DNA of 64,000 bases from Nitrospinales bacterium (lineage in GTDB: Bacteria > Nitrospinota > Nitrospinia > Nitrospinales > VA-1). Below, piece after piece: positions 52,495 to 62,793 of the stretch. The position numbers and the translations under genes were made by a program. The notes under the pieces were generated by a model. That model had not been told where the DNA came from and ran no database searches. It was given only the letters and a program-made list of their open reading frames with translations. The stretch is taken from NCBI GenBank assembly GCA_965205835.1, contig OZ242182.1, forward strand, positions 2,150,759-2,214,758. Reading direction: 5' to 3'. Each line of letters starts with the position of its first letter. Positions within the stretch are counted from its first letter, which is position 1.

Positions 52495-53643
52495 ATGAAA
52501 AGGTCTGCTCGGTTGGATATGAAAATTCTGGTTTCTTTGTTAGGGGCGCTTTTTTTGTTCGGTTGCGGACAAAACCAGCCTGCTCCGGATTTGTTCGCCC
52601 TGCCGGTTTCTTATATGGTCGGGAAAAAACCCGAAGTGGTGTTGGCCCACGACATGAACAACGATGAGTTCCCCGATCTTCTGGTGGTCAACTCGGGGAG
52701 CGATTCCCTGAGCTTCCTGGAAGGTGTCGGGGACGGCACTTTCAAAGGCCCGCAGACCATTGAAACCGGGCGTGAACCTTTTGCCCTGGATGTGGCGGAC
52801 TTCAATGGCGATCGCGTTCCCGATATTGCTTTATGCGATTATGGTGATGGAAATGTTTCCATCATTCTCGGACAGAAAGACGGACTGTTCAAGCTGAAGA
52901 CCAATGTGAAGGTTGGGCGGCTTCCCATCGCGATTAAAGCGGGTGATTTTAACAACGATGAGAAAACCGACCTCGCCGTGACTTTGCGCTTCAATCAACT
53001 GATCATTCTTCTTGGAGTGGGAGATGGTACTTTCAAAGTCGCTGAGGCCTATCAGGCCGGTCCTACTCCAGCATACATTACCGTTGACGATTACAACAGC
53101 GATGGCAATCTGGATATTGCCATGGCACTCAACGCGGTCAAGGTGAGGCATATTAAAATATTTTTAGGCAATGGAGACGGCACTTTCCTCCCGCCTGAAA
53201 AAATTCCCGGTGGTAACCAGTCCTCGTTCATCATTCACCACGATATGAATCTGGATGGAAAGACAGACCTGATCGCGTCCAGTCCGATGCGGGACAGCCT
53301 CTCTATTTATATTGGAGATAAAAAAGGCACGTTCTTCAAACTGGAAGACTTTGCTGGAGAAAAAGGGCCGCATAATATTGTGGCGGGGGACTTCACTGGC
53401 GACAAGGTTCCAGATATTGTGGTATCCAACCGTAGAGGGGGGACCATATCCGTGATTCCAGGGAGAGGTGATGGAACATTTGTATATCCGCATTTTAATT
53501 ATGTCGTGGGTTCCCAGCCCCGTTCTATCACCGGTGCGGACTTTAACCGTGATGGCATGATGGATATTGCCGTCGTGCTTTACCAGAAACAAATTCTTGA
53601 GGTTTTTTTAAGGAAGACCAATGCCCCGCTGAACGACGTGTAA
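52495..53643 (+). CDS. FG-GAP/VCBS beta-propeller lipoprotein
   Basis: Lipobox LFGC; seven D.N.DG..D-type repeats with G.GDGTF. Confidence 0.88.
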   Translation: MKRSARLDMKILVSLLGALFLFGCGQNQPAPDLFALPVSYMVGKKPEVVLAHDMNNDEFPDLLVVNSGSDSLSFLEGVGDGTFKGPQTIETGREPFALDVADFNGDRVPDIALCDYGDGNVSIILGQKDGLFKLKTNVKVGRLPIAIKAGDFNNDEKTDLAVTLRFNQLIILLGVGDGTFKVAEAYQAGPTPAYITVDDYNSDGNLDIAMALNAVKVRHIKIFLGNGDGTFLPPEKIPGGNQSSFIIHHDMNLDGKTDLIASSPMRDSLSIYIGDKKGTFFKLEDFAGEKGPHNIVAGDFTGDKVPDIVVSNRRGGTISVIPGRGDGTFVYPHFNYVVGSQPRSITGADFNRDGMMDIAVVLYQKQILEVFLRKTNAPLNDV

Positions 53644-53872
53644 ATGAGCCTCTCTTCTTTAACAATCGCGAACGAACCAATCTGAGCGTGTTTTACCACA
53701 GATGAAGACGGATGGACACCGATAGAAAATTCCTCCTATGGTAAGGGGAGGCTGGGGGGTGGGTTTTAATTGTCTCTCGCGTTTTTGTCTTACGGTGTTC
53801 GCCATTTGTATTTCTTTTTGAACTCGGCCAGAGTTTTACATCTGTCCCGGGGAGTTGGTCTCAAGTTAGTAG

Positions 53873-54205
53873 TCATAGACGGTCTTGTTCAAGAAGAATA
53901 TCAATCGTTTGTTTGATAGCTTTGATATGGTTTTTTGCGGAGAGTATGCCATCGTGGTGCGGGTCTTCCTCTTCCAGAGAGATGATGCCGGGGCCAAGGT
54001 AGTTACAGTAAAACGTTCCCATAGGGCGAAACTTTTCCATCGGTTCATTTTCCGGGCGGGAGTTGACGACAACTGTTGTTACTATGCCGTCCGGATCAGG
54101 ATAAACCTCGAACAACCCGCCCTTCCGGATCGTGTGTTCCCGGCAGTATGCGACAACGCGTTCGACGTCTTCGGGAGCAAGTGCCTTGTAAACGGTGTGC
54201 AACAA
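53873..54205 (-). CDS. Hypothetical protein
   Basis: 110-aa ORF with GGAG SD before TTG; globular-looking composition; no recognised motif. Confidence 0.6.
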   Translation of the reverse strand: MLHTVYKALAPEDVERVVAYCREHTIRKGGLFEVYPDPDGIVTTVVVNSRPENEPMEKFRPMGTFYCNYLGPGIISLEEEDPHHDGILSAKNHIKAIKQTIDILLEQDRL

Positions 54206-54506
54206 TCATCTCCTGTTTGGGTTTGACTTCTGTAGTTTATCAGAATCCATCTTGGGTTTCTCAGTTATGGGGATGGGGTGAGTTACCGCAAAGATATAGA
54301 ATCGGTTCGGCGTGGGTTCGATGATTTGAAATAAACACACATTCACAGAAGGACAGATAAATGTTAGAATTTGGAGTAAGCCCACACAGAACTAATGGAC
54401 TCAAAAGTTAATGGGCTTGACAAGGTCAAGTACCCAATAATCTCACCGGCTGTATCGAAAGCCTCAGTTAAATTAACATTAAGGCGTTGCTGGTTTAAGG
54501 GGATTT

Positions 54507-55619
54507 ATGAAAGCCCAATTGACAAAATTTTCTATTTCAGGTTTTAAAAGCATTCGTGTTTTAAATGGTTTCGAACTAAATAAAATAAACATTTTAATTG
54601 GATCGAATGGGGCAGGAAAATCCAATTTTATTTCTTTTTTCCATTTAATGAACTGGATGATGGCTTCTCCGGGGAATCTTCAGGGGTATATTTCACAATT
54701 AGAGGGAGGGAATGCGGTTTTATTTGACGGAGCCCAAACTACAGAATCAATTAAAGCAGAGCTAAATATTCAAACTCAACTTGGGAGAAATGATTATTCT
54801 TTCCGGTTGACTCATGGCGGGGGGGATGTTTTGAGGATAATGGAGGAACGTTATCGTTATTCGAGTTTTGACCTTCCTTCGCAAGCAGATTGGAGAGATT
54901 TGGGGGCAGGACACTCAGAAGCAAAAATTATTGATATCGCAAAGACTGATAAGACGGCCAACACAATTTTGAACTTACTGAGAGGTCGCGTAGTTTATCA
55001 ATTTCACAATACTTCTTCAACATCACGAATACGTGGGAAGTGGGATATAGAGGATAGTTACTGGTTAAAAGCAGATGGGGCTAATATCGCGGCCTTTCTA
55101 TTAAAATTACAAAGTCGTGAGCCAAAGTACTATTTGAGAATAGTGGAAACAATTCGTTTGATACTCCCGTTTTTTGCTGATTTTGAATTGGTTAATGAGT
55201 ATGGAAAAATATTATTGCGATGGAGAGAGCTTAATACGGATGTGGTTTTTAACGCTGGTCAAGCTTCTGATGGGATGTTGCGGGTAATCGCTCTTGTTGC
55301 TTTATTGGGGCAACCAGAACAACACTTCCCTGATGTCTTGGTTTTGGACGAGCCGGAGCTGGGCTTACACCCTTATGCCATCGAGATTATTTCTGGAATG
55401 CTTAGATCGGTTTCGCAGTACTCCCAAATTATAATTGCTACCCAGTCTACAGCACTTGTTGATTATTTTGATCCTGAAGATATTGTTGTTGTGGATCGAG
55501 ATAAAAGAGAATCTAATTTCCGAAGACTTGACCCAAGTCAGTTGAAGGAGTGGTTAGAGGATTACACAATGGCTGAGCTTTGGGAGAAAAATTTAATTGG
55601 CGGGAGACCTGCCCATTGA
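54507..55619 (+). CDS. ABC/AAA_21-type ATPase (COG4637-like)
   Basis: Walker A GSNGAGKS, ASDG signature, Walker B LDEPELGLHP, ATQS; AT-rich. Confidence 0.88.
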   Translation: MKAQLTKFSISGFKSIRVLNGFELNKINILIGSNGAGKSNFISFFHLMNWMMASPGNLQGYISQLEGGNAVLFDGAQTTESIKAELNIQTQLGRNDYSFRLTHGGGDVLRIMEERYRYSSFDLPSQADWRDLGAGHSEAKIIDIAKTDKTANTILNLLRGRVVYQFHNTSSTSRIRGKWDIEDSYWLKADGANIAAFLLKLQSREPKYYLRIVETIRLILPFFADFELVNEYGKILLRWRELNTDVVFNAGQASDGMLRVIALVALLGQPEQHFPDVLVLDEPELGLHPYAIEIISGMLRSVSQYSQIIIATQSTALVDYFDPEDIVVVDRDKRESNFRRLDPSQLKEWLEDYTMAELWEKNLIGGRPAH

Positions 55620-56287
55620 TTCGGCTGAACTTGGTCGTCGAAGGCTCAACGGAGTTAGGATTTGTTGATGGAGTGCTTCAACCCTATTTAGCGGGGAAAA
55701 ATATTTTTGTTCATGCGAGGTGTGTTGAAACAAGCCGAAGCAGACGGACAAAGAAAATCTACAAAGGGGGGCTTTCAAAGTACTGTAAGGTTAAGGCTGA
55801 TTTATTGCGCTGGATCAAAGAAGATCAGAATGTGGAGGCGTATTTTAGTACAATGTTTGATTTATATGCTTTACCTCCTGATTTTCCTGGCTTCAAAGAA
55901 GCTCACAGGTCCAATGATAAATATAAAATTGTTGATGAGCTAGAAATGAGCTTCAGTCATGATTTGAACGAGCCAAGATTTCTTCCCTATATTCAATTGC
56001 ATGAATTTGAGGCATTGTTTTTATGTGACCCTGTTAAATTTGAAGATTTTTTTATAGGTCAAGAGCAAGCTGTCCAAGATATTTCGAGTCAAGCTAGCAA
56101 GTTTTCAAATCCCGAACTCATTAACTTGGATATTCCTCCGTCAAAGTTAATCATAGATAAAATCCCTACGTACGAGTTTCAAAAAGCAACGGTTGGCCCA
56201 ATTGTCGGTAAAAAAATCGGAATAGAGTTGATGCGCAGAAAATGTCAGCATTTTGATAATTGGCTGAATAAACTAGAAGATTTGTAA
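55616..56287 (+). CDS. DUF4276-family (TOPRIM-like) protein
   Basis: VVEGSTE, STMFDLY, YIQLHEFEALF, CQHFDNWL; TTG start overlaps the ATPase stop (TTGA). Confidence 0.8.
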   Translation: MIRLNLVVEGSTELGFVDGVLQPYLAGKNIFVHARCVETSRSRRTKKIYKGGLSKYCKVKADLLRWIKEDQNVEAYFSTMFDLYALPPDFPGFKEAHRSNDKYKIVDELEMSFSHDLNEPRFLPYIQLHEFEALFLCDPVKFEDFFIGQEQAVQDISSQASKFSNPELINLDIPPSKLIIDKIPTYEFQKATVGPIVGKKIGIELMRRKCQHFDNWLNKLEDL

Positions 56288-56415
56288 GGCTTCCTGCTTC
56301 TTGTTTATTCTTGAATTCGGGCAATTATTTTTGACGGGAGATAATTTATTTCCCGGATATTCATCGTAGATAAGTTTGACTTTTTTTAGAGGGATTTTGA
56401 TACACCCGGACGGCT

Positions 56416-57303
56416 ATGCATTTTCAAGACATCATTCTCAACCTGCAAAACCACTGGTCATCCAGGGGATGCGCCCTGCATCAGCCCTATGACATTGAAG
56501 TGGGCGCGGGGACGTTTAATCCCTGCACATTTTTCCGGGTATTGGGTCCGGAACCTTATAGCGCGGCCTATGTCGAGCCTTCACGCAGGCCCACCGATGG
56601 CAGGTATGGGGAAAACCCCAACCGCCTTCAGCATTATTACCAGTTTCAGGTCATCTTAAAGCCATCGCCCGAAGATGTGCAGAACCTTTATCTCGATAGC
56701 CTGGCTTCACTGGGGGTGGACCCGCTTCAACACGATATCCGTTTTGTGGAGGATGATTGGGAATCCCCTACTCTTGGGGCCTGGGGTTTGGGATGGGAGG
56801 TCTGGCTGAATGGCATGGAGATCACCCAGTTTACTTATTTCCAGCAGGTTGGAGGCATAGACCTGAAACCGGTCACGGTCGAGTTGACGTATGGGCTGGA
56901 ACGCGTCGCCATGTATCTACAGGATGTGGACAACGTTTATGACCTTAAATGGAATGAGAATATTTTATACGGCGATGTCCATCTTGAAACAGAAAAACAG
57001 TTCTCGCGTTACAATTTTAAAGCGTCGGGTAAGGAGCGGTTATTTCAATGGTTCGATATGTATGAAGCGGAAGCAAAAAATTTACTGGGGCAAGAACTGG
57101 TTCTGCCCGCGTACGACTACACTTTAAAATGTTCACATGCCTTCAATCAGTTGGATGCCCGCGGAGCGATCAGTGTTACGGAGCGAACCGGGTTCATTGG
57201 CCGGGTGAGAAACCTGGCCCGGTTATGCGCTGAAAACTATGTGCGGCAGAGAGAGGCGATGGAGTTTCCCTTGCTGAAAAAGCGGGGCAACCTGCAAGCC
57301 TGA
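56416..57303 (+). CDS. glyQ: Glycyl-tRNA synthetase alpha subunit
   Basis: [38 protein letters not shown]. Confidence 0.98.
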   Translation: MHFQDIILNLQNHWSSRGCALHQPYDIEVGAGTFNPCTFFRVLGPEPYSAAYVEPSRRPTDGRYGENPNRLQHYYQFQVILKPSPEDVQNLYLDSLASLGVDPLQHDIRFVEDDWESPTLGAWGLGWEVWLNGMEITQFTYFQQVGGIDLKPVTVELTYGLERVAMYLQDVDNVYDLKWNENILYGDVHLETEKQFSRYNFKASGKERLFQWFDMYEAEAKNLLGQELVLPAYDYTLKCSHAFNQLDARGAISVTERTGFIGRVRNLARLCAENYVRQREAMEFPLLKKRGNLQA

Positions 57304-57479
57304 AACATCCAACCTCAGACCATTCATCCATTTTTAGCCAAGGTCAGGCACCGCTTCCGCTGCGCTTCTCCCTGGGTTTCCCTTTGCTGACGGTTGACTT
57401 TATGGGTATTTATTCGATAATGCTCGTTTTTCCTTGGATTTGTCACCTTTTGTCGTCGCCTTAAATTGGACGGTACAAT

Positions 57480-59795
57480 ATGCCAGAGTTTTTTCTAGAA
57501 ATTGGTTCCGAGGAAATCCCTTCGGGGTATGTTCAGCCTGCCCTCGAATATATGCGTGAGGAGATTTCGGCCTTTTTTGCTCGCAACCGGATTCAGGCCG
57601 AGGCTCCGGAAGTTCTAGGTACGCCCAGAAGGTTGGTGGTATCGGTCAAAGGAGTGCGGGCTTTGCAGGAAGATTGCGTGGATGTTTTTCATGGCCCCAG
57701 TGTCTCTGTGGCTTATGACGAACAGGGGAAACCCACTAGGGCAGCGATTGGGTTTGCCCGGGGAAAAGGTTTGGATGTTTCTGCTTTAACCCGTGAGAAC
57801 ACCGCCAAAGGGGAAGTGGTCTGTGCTCATGTGGAAAAAAAAGGTCGTCCCACTCCTGACCAACTCAATGAATTCCTGCCGCGGTTCGTGGGCAATATCC
57901 CCTTTCCAAAAAAAATGCGCTGGCAAAATAAGACCCGTCCCTTTGCACGGCCTTTACATTGGATCACCGCGATATTTGATGGCAAGCCTTTGCGATTCAG
58001 TTTCGATGGTATCGGGTGCGGTGACTTTTCTCTAGGACATCGGTTTTTAAAGCCCGATAAATTCCAGGTACAAAGTTTGGCTTCCTACATAGAGCAAAGT
58101 GCCAACCATTTTTTAATGGTCGATCCGGAGCTAAGGAAACAGAAAATTCTTGAACAGGCGCAAAACCTTGCCCAGGAAGCAGGCGGGTTGGTGGAAAACG
58201 ACCCGGACTTATTAAATGTCGTCAATTATCTGGTGGAGTATCCGGTAGCCATCCGGGGAGATTTTGATCCCGGTTTTCTGGAATTGCCTAAGGAGCTATT
58301 GGTGATGACGATGAAGTATCACCAGAAATATTTTCATGTTTCTGATGGAAAAGGAAATTTACTGCCCTGCTTTATCACGATCAGCAATATGCCTGAAGGT
58401 CCTAAAATAAAAAGTGGTAATGAGCGGGTTTTGCGTGCCCGGTTGGAGGACGCCAGGTTCTTCTATGATGAAGATAAAAAGAAAAAGCTGGATGATTTTG
58501 TGGACGCGTTAAAAGGCGTTGTGTTCCAGAAAAAACTGGGAACGCTGTATGAAAAAATGGAAAGAATTTGCGGTCTTGCCGGAGTTTTGTCTGCTCATGT
58601 CTGTTCAGATAAGAAATCCCAGGCATTGAGAGCCGGGCGTTTGTGCAAGGCCGACCTGATGACATTGATGGTTTATGAGTTTCCGGAATTGCAGGGCATA
58701 ATGGGCGGATATTATGCGTCTCATTCTGGAGAGACGCCCGAAGTCTCGCAGGCGGTCAAAGAACATTATCGTCCTGCTTTTGCCGGAGACGCTCCTCCCA
58801 AAAGTGAGTTGGGAGCGGTCATAGCGGTCGCGGACAAGCTCGATACTATTTTAGGTTGTATCGGGGTGGGCTTGATCCCCACTGGTTCTGAAGACCCGTA
58901 TGGTTTGAGACGAAACGCGCTGGGCATCATCCAGATTTTTCTTAACCGGGGTTGGCAGATGTCGCTAGGCAGTCTGGTGGAAGAAGGTCTGCGCTTGATG
59001 AGCTCTAAGCTCAAACTGGAATCCGAAGCTATCAAAAATCATGTGATGGATTTATTTTCTCAGAGGTACAAAACCCATTTGAACGCCGAGGGGTTTCCCT
59101 ATGACGCGATTGATTGTGTATTGTCCACGGGCCTGGATTCCATTGTCGATATCAGGAAAAAGGTTTCTGCTTTTTCCGATTTGAAGAAGCGGCCTTACTT
59201 TGAGCCTTTGGTTATTGCTTTTCGCCGGGTTGCCAGCATCCTCAATGATGAGGTTGAGGGCGAAGCGGGCCCTAGATTGTTAGCGGGCCCTGGATTGTTA
59301 AATGAACCTGCCGAAAAAAAATTATTCGAAGCGTACTCGAAGATTCGAGGTCCGGTGTTCCGGCATATTCAAGACAAGGAATTTGATCAGGCTCTGGAAA
59401 AAATTGTAGAAATAAAACCTGCTGTGGACGGGTTTTTTGATGAGGTCATGGTTATGGTGGAAGATGTTTCATTGCGCGATAGCCGACTTCACCTTCTTTA
59501 TCAGATTTCCGGTCTTTCTTCAGGGCTTGGTGATTGGTCCCGGCTCATTCTACCTAATTACTTGGTGCTAAAAGTTGACAAAACCCGCCCCGCCCGGTCT
59601 CATAAGCCGATGAAATCGACTAAAGATCCTAAGAAGGCTGCCAATTTCAAAGATCAGGCAGACTTGGATGCTCAGCTAGCCAAATTTGGCTGGGAGAAAG
59701 AAAATGTTCGCCGGGGTTACACCCTGCTCTCAATGGACGGAGTACATTTGGCAGTGACTAAGGCCTCAAAGGGTAAAATAAAGAACAAAGGGTAA
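57480..59795 (+). CDS. glyS: Glycyl-tRNA synthetase beta subunit, with C-terminal extension
   Basis: LEIGSEEIP, TPRRL, EFPELQG.MG..YA, PTGSEDPYGLRR. Confidence 0.95.
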   Translation: MPEFFLEIGSEEIPSGYVQPALEYMREEISAFFARNRIQAEAPEVLGTPRRLVVSVKGVRALQEDCVDVFHGPSVSVAYDEQGKPTRAAIGFARGKGLDVSALTRENTAKGEVVCAHVEKKGRPTPDQLNEFLPRFVGNIPFPKKMRWQNKTRPFARPLHWITAIFDGKPLRFSFDGIGCGDFSLGHRFLKPDKFQVQSLASYIEQSANHFLMVDPELRKQKILEQAQNLAQEAGGLVENDPDLLNVVNYLVEYPVAIRGDFDPGFLELPKELLVMTMKYHQKYFHVSDGKGNLLPCFITISNMPEGPKIKSGNERVLRARLEDARFFYDEDKKKKLDDFVDALKGVVFQKKLGTLYEKMERICGLAGVLSAHVCSDKKSQALRAGRLCKADLMTLMVYEFPELQGIMGGYYASHSGETPEVSQAVKEHYRPAFAGDAPPKSELGAVIAVADKLDTILGCIGVGLIPTGSEDPYGLRRNALGIIQIFLNRGWQMSLGSLVEEGLRLMSSKLKLESEAIKNHVMDLFSQRYKTHLNAEGFPYDAIDCVLSTGLDSIVDIRKKVSAFSDLKKRPYFEPLVIAFRRVASILNDEVEGEAGPRLLAGPGLLNEPAEKKLFEAYSKIRGPVFRHIQDKEFDQALEKIVEIKPAVDGFFDEVMVMVEDVSLRDSRLHLLYQISGLSSGLGDWSRLILPNYLVLKVDKTRPARSHKPMKSTKDPKKAANFKDQADLDAQLAKFGWEKENVRRGYTLLSMDGVHLAVTKASKGKIKNKG

Positions 59796-59804
59796 AATAA
59801 AGAA
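59767..59804 (+). repeat. Perfect 19-bp tandem duplication spanning the glyS stop
   Basis: CAAAGGGTAAAATAAAGAA occurs twice. Confidence 0.9.
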
Positions 59805-59914
59805 CAAATCGAAAAAAGGTTGAAAACCCTTTTGCCATCGGATAGTCTAGCGCGAATCCACTTGTATGCTGTTTTAGCCCTTGTTTTCAGTTGGTTGAGA
59901 GGTCAGGTTTTTTT

Positions 59915-62545
59915 ATGGCACAGAAATATGTTTATGCTTTTGGCGATGAAAACTCCGAAGGCAGAGCAGGAATGAAAGACCTCCTGGGGGGGAAAGGCGC
60001 GAACCTTGCTGAGATGGCCTCACTGGGAATACAAGTCCCTCCTGGATTTACCATAAGCACAGAAGCCTGTGTTTACTATTTCAAACACAAAAATACTTTC
60101 CCTTCTAAATTGTGGGACGAAATTCTTGCCCGTCTGAAAGATCTGGAAAAGGCTCTGGGAAGAAAATTTAGCGACCCGGTCAACCCTCTTCTTGTTTCGG
60201 TGCGATCAGGAGCAAGGGTTTCCATGCCCGGCATGATGGATACCGTGCTGAACCTGGGGCTAAATGACGCAGCCACCAAAGGTTTGGCCAAGAATACCAA
60301 GAACGAGTGGTTTGCCCTCGACTCGTACCGCCGTTTCATTTCCATGTTCGGGGATGTGGTGCTGGGGGTTCCCGGAGAGCGGTTTGAGACTATCCTCACC
60401 AAGAAAAAATTAAAACGTAAAATCGAATTTGATACGGAGTTCACCATTCAGGAGCTGAAAGTGCTCATCCGGCAATTCAAAGCTCTGGTGGTCCGTGTGA
60501 CGGGAGAAGAGTTTTCAGAAGACCCTATGCGGCAACTGCGCATGGCGGTTGAGGCGGTGTTTAACTCATGGAATACGGAAAGGGCACGAACATACCGAAG
60601 GTTGAATGGTATCCCGCATGAATGGGGCACGGCGGTCACTGTTCAGTCCATGGTGTTTGGCAACATGGGAGAGACTTCCGCCACTGGTGTCGCGTTCACC
60701 CGCAACCCGGCTACAGGAGAAAAGAAATTCTATGGTGAATATATGATCAATGCTCAGGGCGAGGATGTCGTCGCGGGAGTCCGGACACCCAGTTTGATTG
60801 AAATGCTGGAGCAGGATATGCCGGAGGTGTATCAGGACCTGGTGAGGGTTTACCAGAAGCTGGAAAACCATTACAAGGATATGCAGGATCTGGAGTTCAC
60901 CATCGAAAACCAGAAATTGTTTTTATTGCAGACCCGGTCTGGCAAGCGCACGGCAGCCTCGGCCATCAAAGTGGCGATTGATATGGTGAATGAGGGGTTG
61001 ATCAGTAAACGGGAAGCCTTGATGCGGGTTCCGGCCAACCAACTGGATCAAATCTTTCATCCGATGGTTTCCCCCAAGGCGAAATTAAAATTATTGGGCA
61101 AAGGTTTGGGTGCCTCCCCTGGCGCGGCCGCGGGGAAGATTGTATTCACTCCCGAGCGTGCCCAGGAAATGGCTGAGAAAAAAGAAAAAGTCATTCTTGT
61201 CCGCATGGAGACATCGCCGGAAGATATTCATGGAATGAGTGTGTCACAGGGAATACTGACCGCCAAGGGGGGCATGACTTCACATGCCGCGGTGGTGGCC
61301 CGGGCCATGGGCAAGCCTTGTGTGTCCGGAGTCGGCACCCTGGATGTTAACGTGAAAAGAAAAAAATGTACGCTTGGGGATATCCAGCTTAAGGAGATGG
61401 ATTCGATCACTCTGGATGGAACGACAGGCAAGGTGATCCAGGGGGCGGCACCTTTGGCCCAATCCCGGCTGACCAGTAACTTCACGCGCATGATGACATG
61501 GGCGGGGGAAGTCCGATCTCTACAAATTCGAGCCAATGCTGATACCCCGCACGATGCCTTGATGGCACGGGATTTTGGAGCGCAGGGGATTGGGTTGTGC
61601 CGTACGGAACATATGTTCTTTGATAAGGAACGCATCTTCCTGGTACGTAAAATGATCGTTGCCGAGGACGGCAAAGTTCGCGATGAGGCTCTGAAGAAAC
61701 TGCTTCCCATCCAACGCGGGGATTTTATCGAAATTTTTAAGGTGATGGAGGGACTTCCGGTAACGGTGCGGTTGCTGGATCCTCCTTTACACGAATTTCT
61801 GCCCAATTCTCCGGCGGACATTAAAAACCTGGCCAGGGAGATGAAAGTGTCGTCGTCGGCTTTGGGTAAAAAAATCGAAACGATGAAGGAAGTCAACCCC
61901 ATGCTTGGGCATCGCGGTTGTCGGCTTGGAATCACCTTCCCGGATATTTACCGAATGCAGGTTCGGGCGATTGTTGAGGCCGCCTGTAGGCAGGCCAAAA
62001 AGGGCATCAAAGTTTTTCCGGAAATTATGGTGCCGCTTGTAGCGCATGTTAATGAATTTAAAATTGTTCGTGAGCTCATTGTCGAAGTGGCTGAGGGCGC
62101 GATTGAAAAAGCTGGTGTTGGTCTGAATTATAAAGTCGGGACCATGATTGAGCTCCCCCGGGCCGCCATGATGGCAGATGAAATTGCGGTGGATGCGGAT
62201 TTCTTTTCCTTCGGAACCAACGACCTGACGCAGACCGCCTTCGGGCTCAGCCGGGATGATTCCGGAAGTTTTCTGAACGAATATCTCGACAAGGGCCTGC
62301 TGACGCATGACCCGTTTGTGACGGTGGACCAGGAGGGGCTGGGTCAATTGATTAGTATTGCGGTTGAAAAAGGCAGAAAGGTCAAACCCAATATTCACTT
62401 GGGGGTGTGCGGAGAACATGGAGGGGACCCTGCATCGATCAGCTTTTTCAATAAATCAGGTTTGGACTACGTCAGTTGTTCCCCTTATCGGGTTCCCACC
62501 GCCATACTCGCCGCTGCCCAGGCCGTTATTCAGGAAGACAGTTAA
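59915..62545 (+). CDS. ppdK: Pyruvate, phosphate dikinase
   Basis: LLGGKGANLAEM, SMPGMMDT, GGMTSHAAVVAR, SFGTNDLTQ, GVCGEHGG. Confidence 0.98.
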   Translation: MAQKYVYAFGDENSEGRAGMKDLLGGKGANLAEMASLGIQVPPGFTISTEACVYYFKHKNTFPSKLWDEILARLKDLEKALGRKFSDPVNPLLVSVRSGARVSMPGMMDTVLNLGLNDAATKGLAKNTKNEWFALDSYRRFISMFGDVVLGVPGERFETILTKKKLKRKIEFDTEFTIQELKVLIRQFKALVVRVTGEEFSEDPMRQLRMAVEAVFNSWNTERARTYRRLNGIPHEWGTAVTVQSMVFGNMGETSATGVAFTRNPATGEKKFYGEYMINAQGEDVVAGVRTPSLIEMLEQDMPEVYQDLVRVYQKLENHYKDMQDLEFTIENQKLFLLQTRSGKRTAASAIKVAIDMVNEGLISKREALMRVPANQLDQIFHPMVSPKAKLKLLGKGLGASPGAAAGKIVFTPERAQEMAEKKEKVILVRMETSPEDIHGMSVSQGILTAKGGMTSHAAVVARAMGKPCVSGVGTLDVNVKRKKCTLGDIQLKEMDSITLDGTTGKVIQGAAPLAQSRLTSNFTRMMTWAGEVRSLQIRANADTPHDALMARDFGAQGIGLCRTEHMFFDKERIFLVRKMIVAEDGKVRDEALKKLLPIQRGDFIEIFKVMEGLPVTVRLLDPPLHEFLPNSPADIKNLAREMKVSSSALGKKIETMKEVNPMLGHRGCRLGITFPDIYRMQVRAIVEAACRQAKKGIKVFPEIMVPLVAHVNEFKIVRELIVEVAEGAIEKAGVGLNYKVGTMIELPRAAMMADEIAVDADFFSFGTNDLTQTAFGLSRDDSGSFLNEYLDKGLLTHDPFVTVDQEGLGQLISIAVEKGRKVKPNIHLGVCGEHGGDPASISFFNKSGLDYVSCSPYRVPTAILAAAQAVIQEDS

Positions 62546-62793
62546 ACGCTGGGTTTCCTGCTGGACGAGTGAAGTGCCGGGAAAAAAGTTGACTTCGTTT
62601 TTGCCGGTCACCATAATGAAAAATTCTGTAATTTGAAGGTGTCTCTAAAAATTCCTTTTGGCTATGGCCAGCCCCTATAAATAAGGGCTGGCGAATTGTC
62701 TACATTAGAAGTCTTCTTAAAAGACTGGCTGCTTGTTCCATTGAGGGGCCAGTGCCATTTTAAATAACCAGTTACTCCGTCTGGAGGTTAGGA

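Noticed and set aside
54416-54430. Palindrome CTTGAC-AAG-GTCAAG upstream of the ATPase as an FNR/CRP site or -35 box
   Set aside because: Spacing does not fit TTGAT-N4-ATCAA and there is no properly spaced -10; single occurrence.
62667-62692. GCCAGCCC/GGGCTGGC hairpin after ppdK as a terminator or riboswitch
   Set aside because: No U-tract and no recognisable riboswitch consensus; left unassigned.
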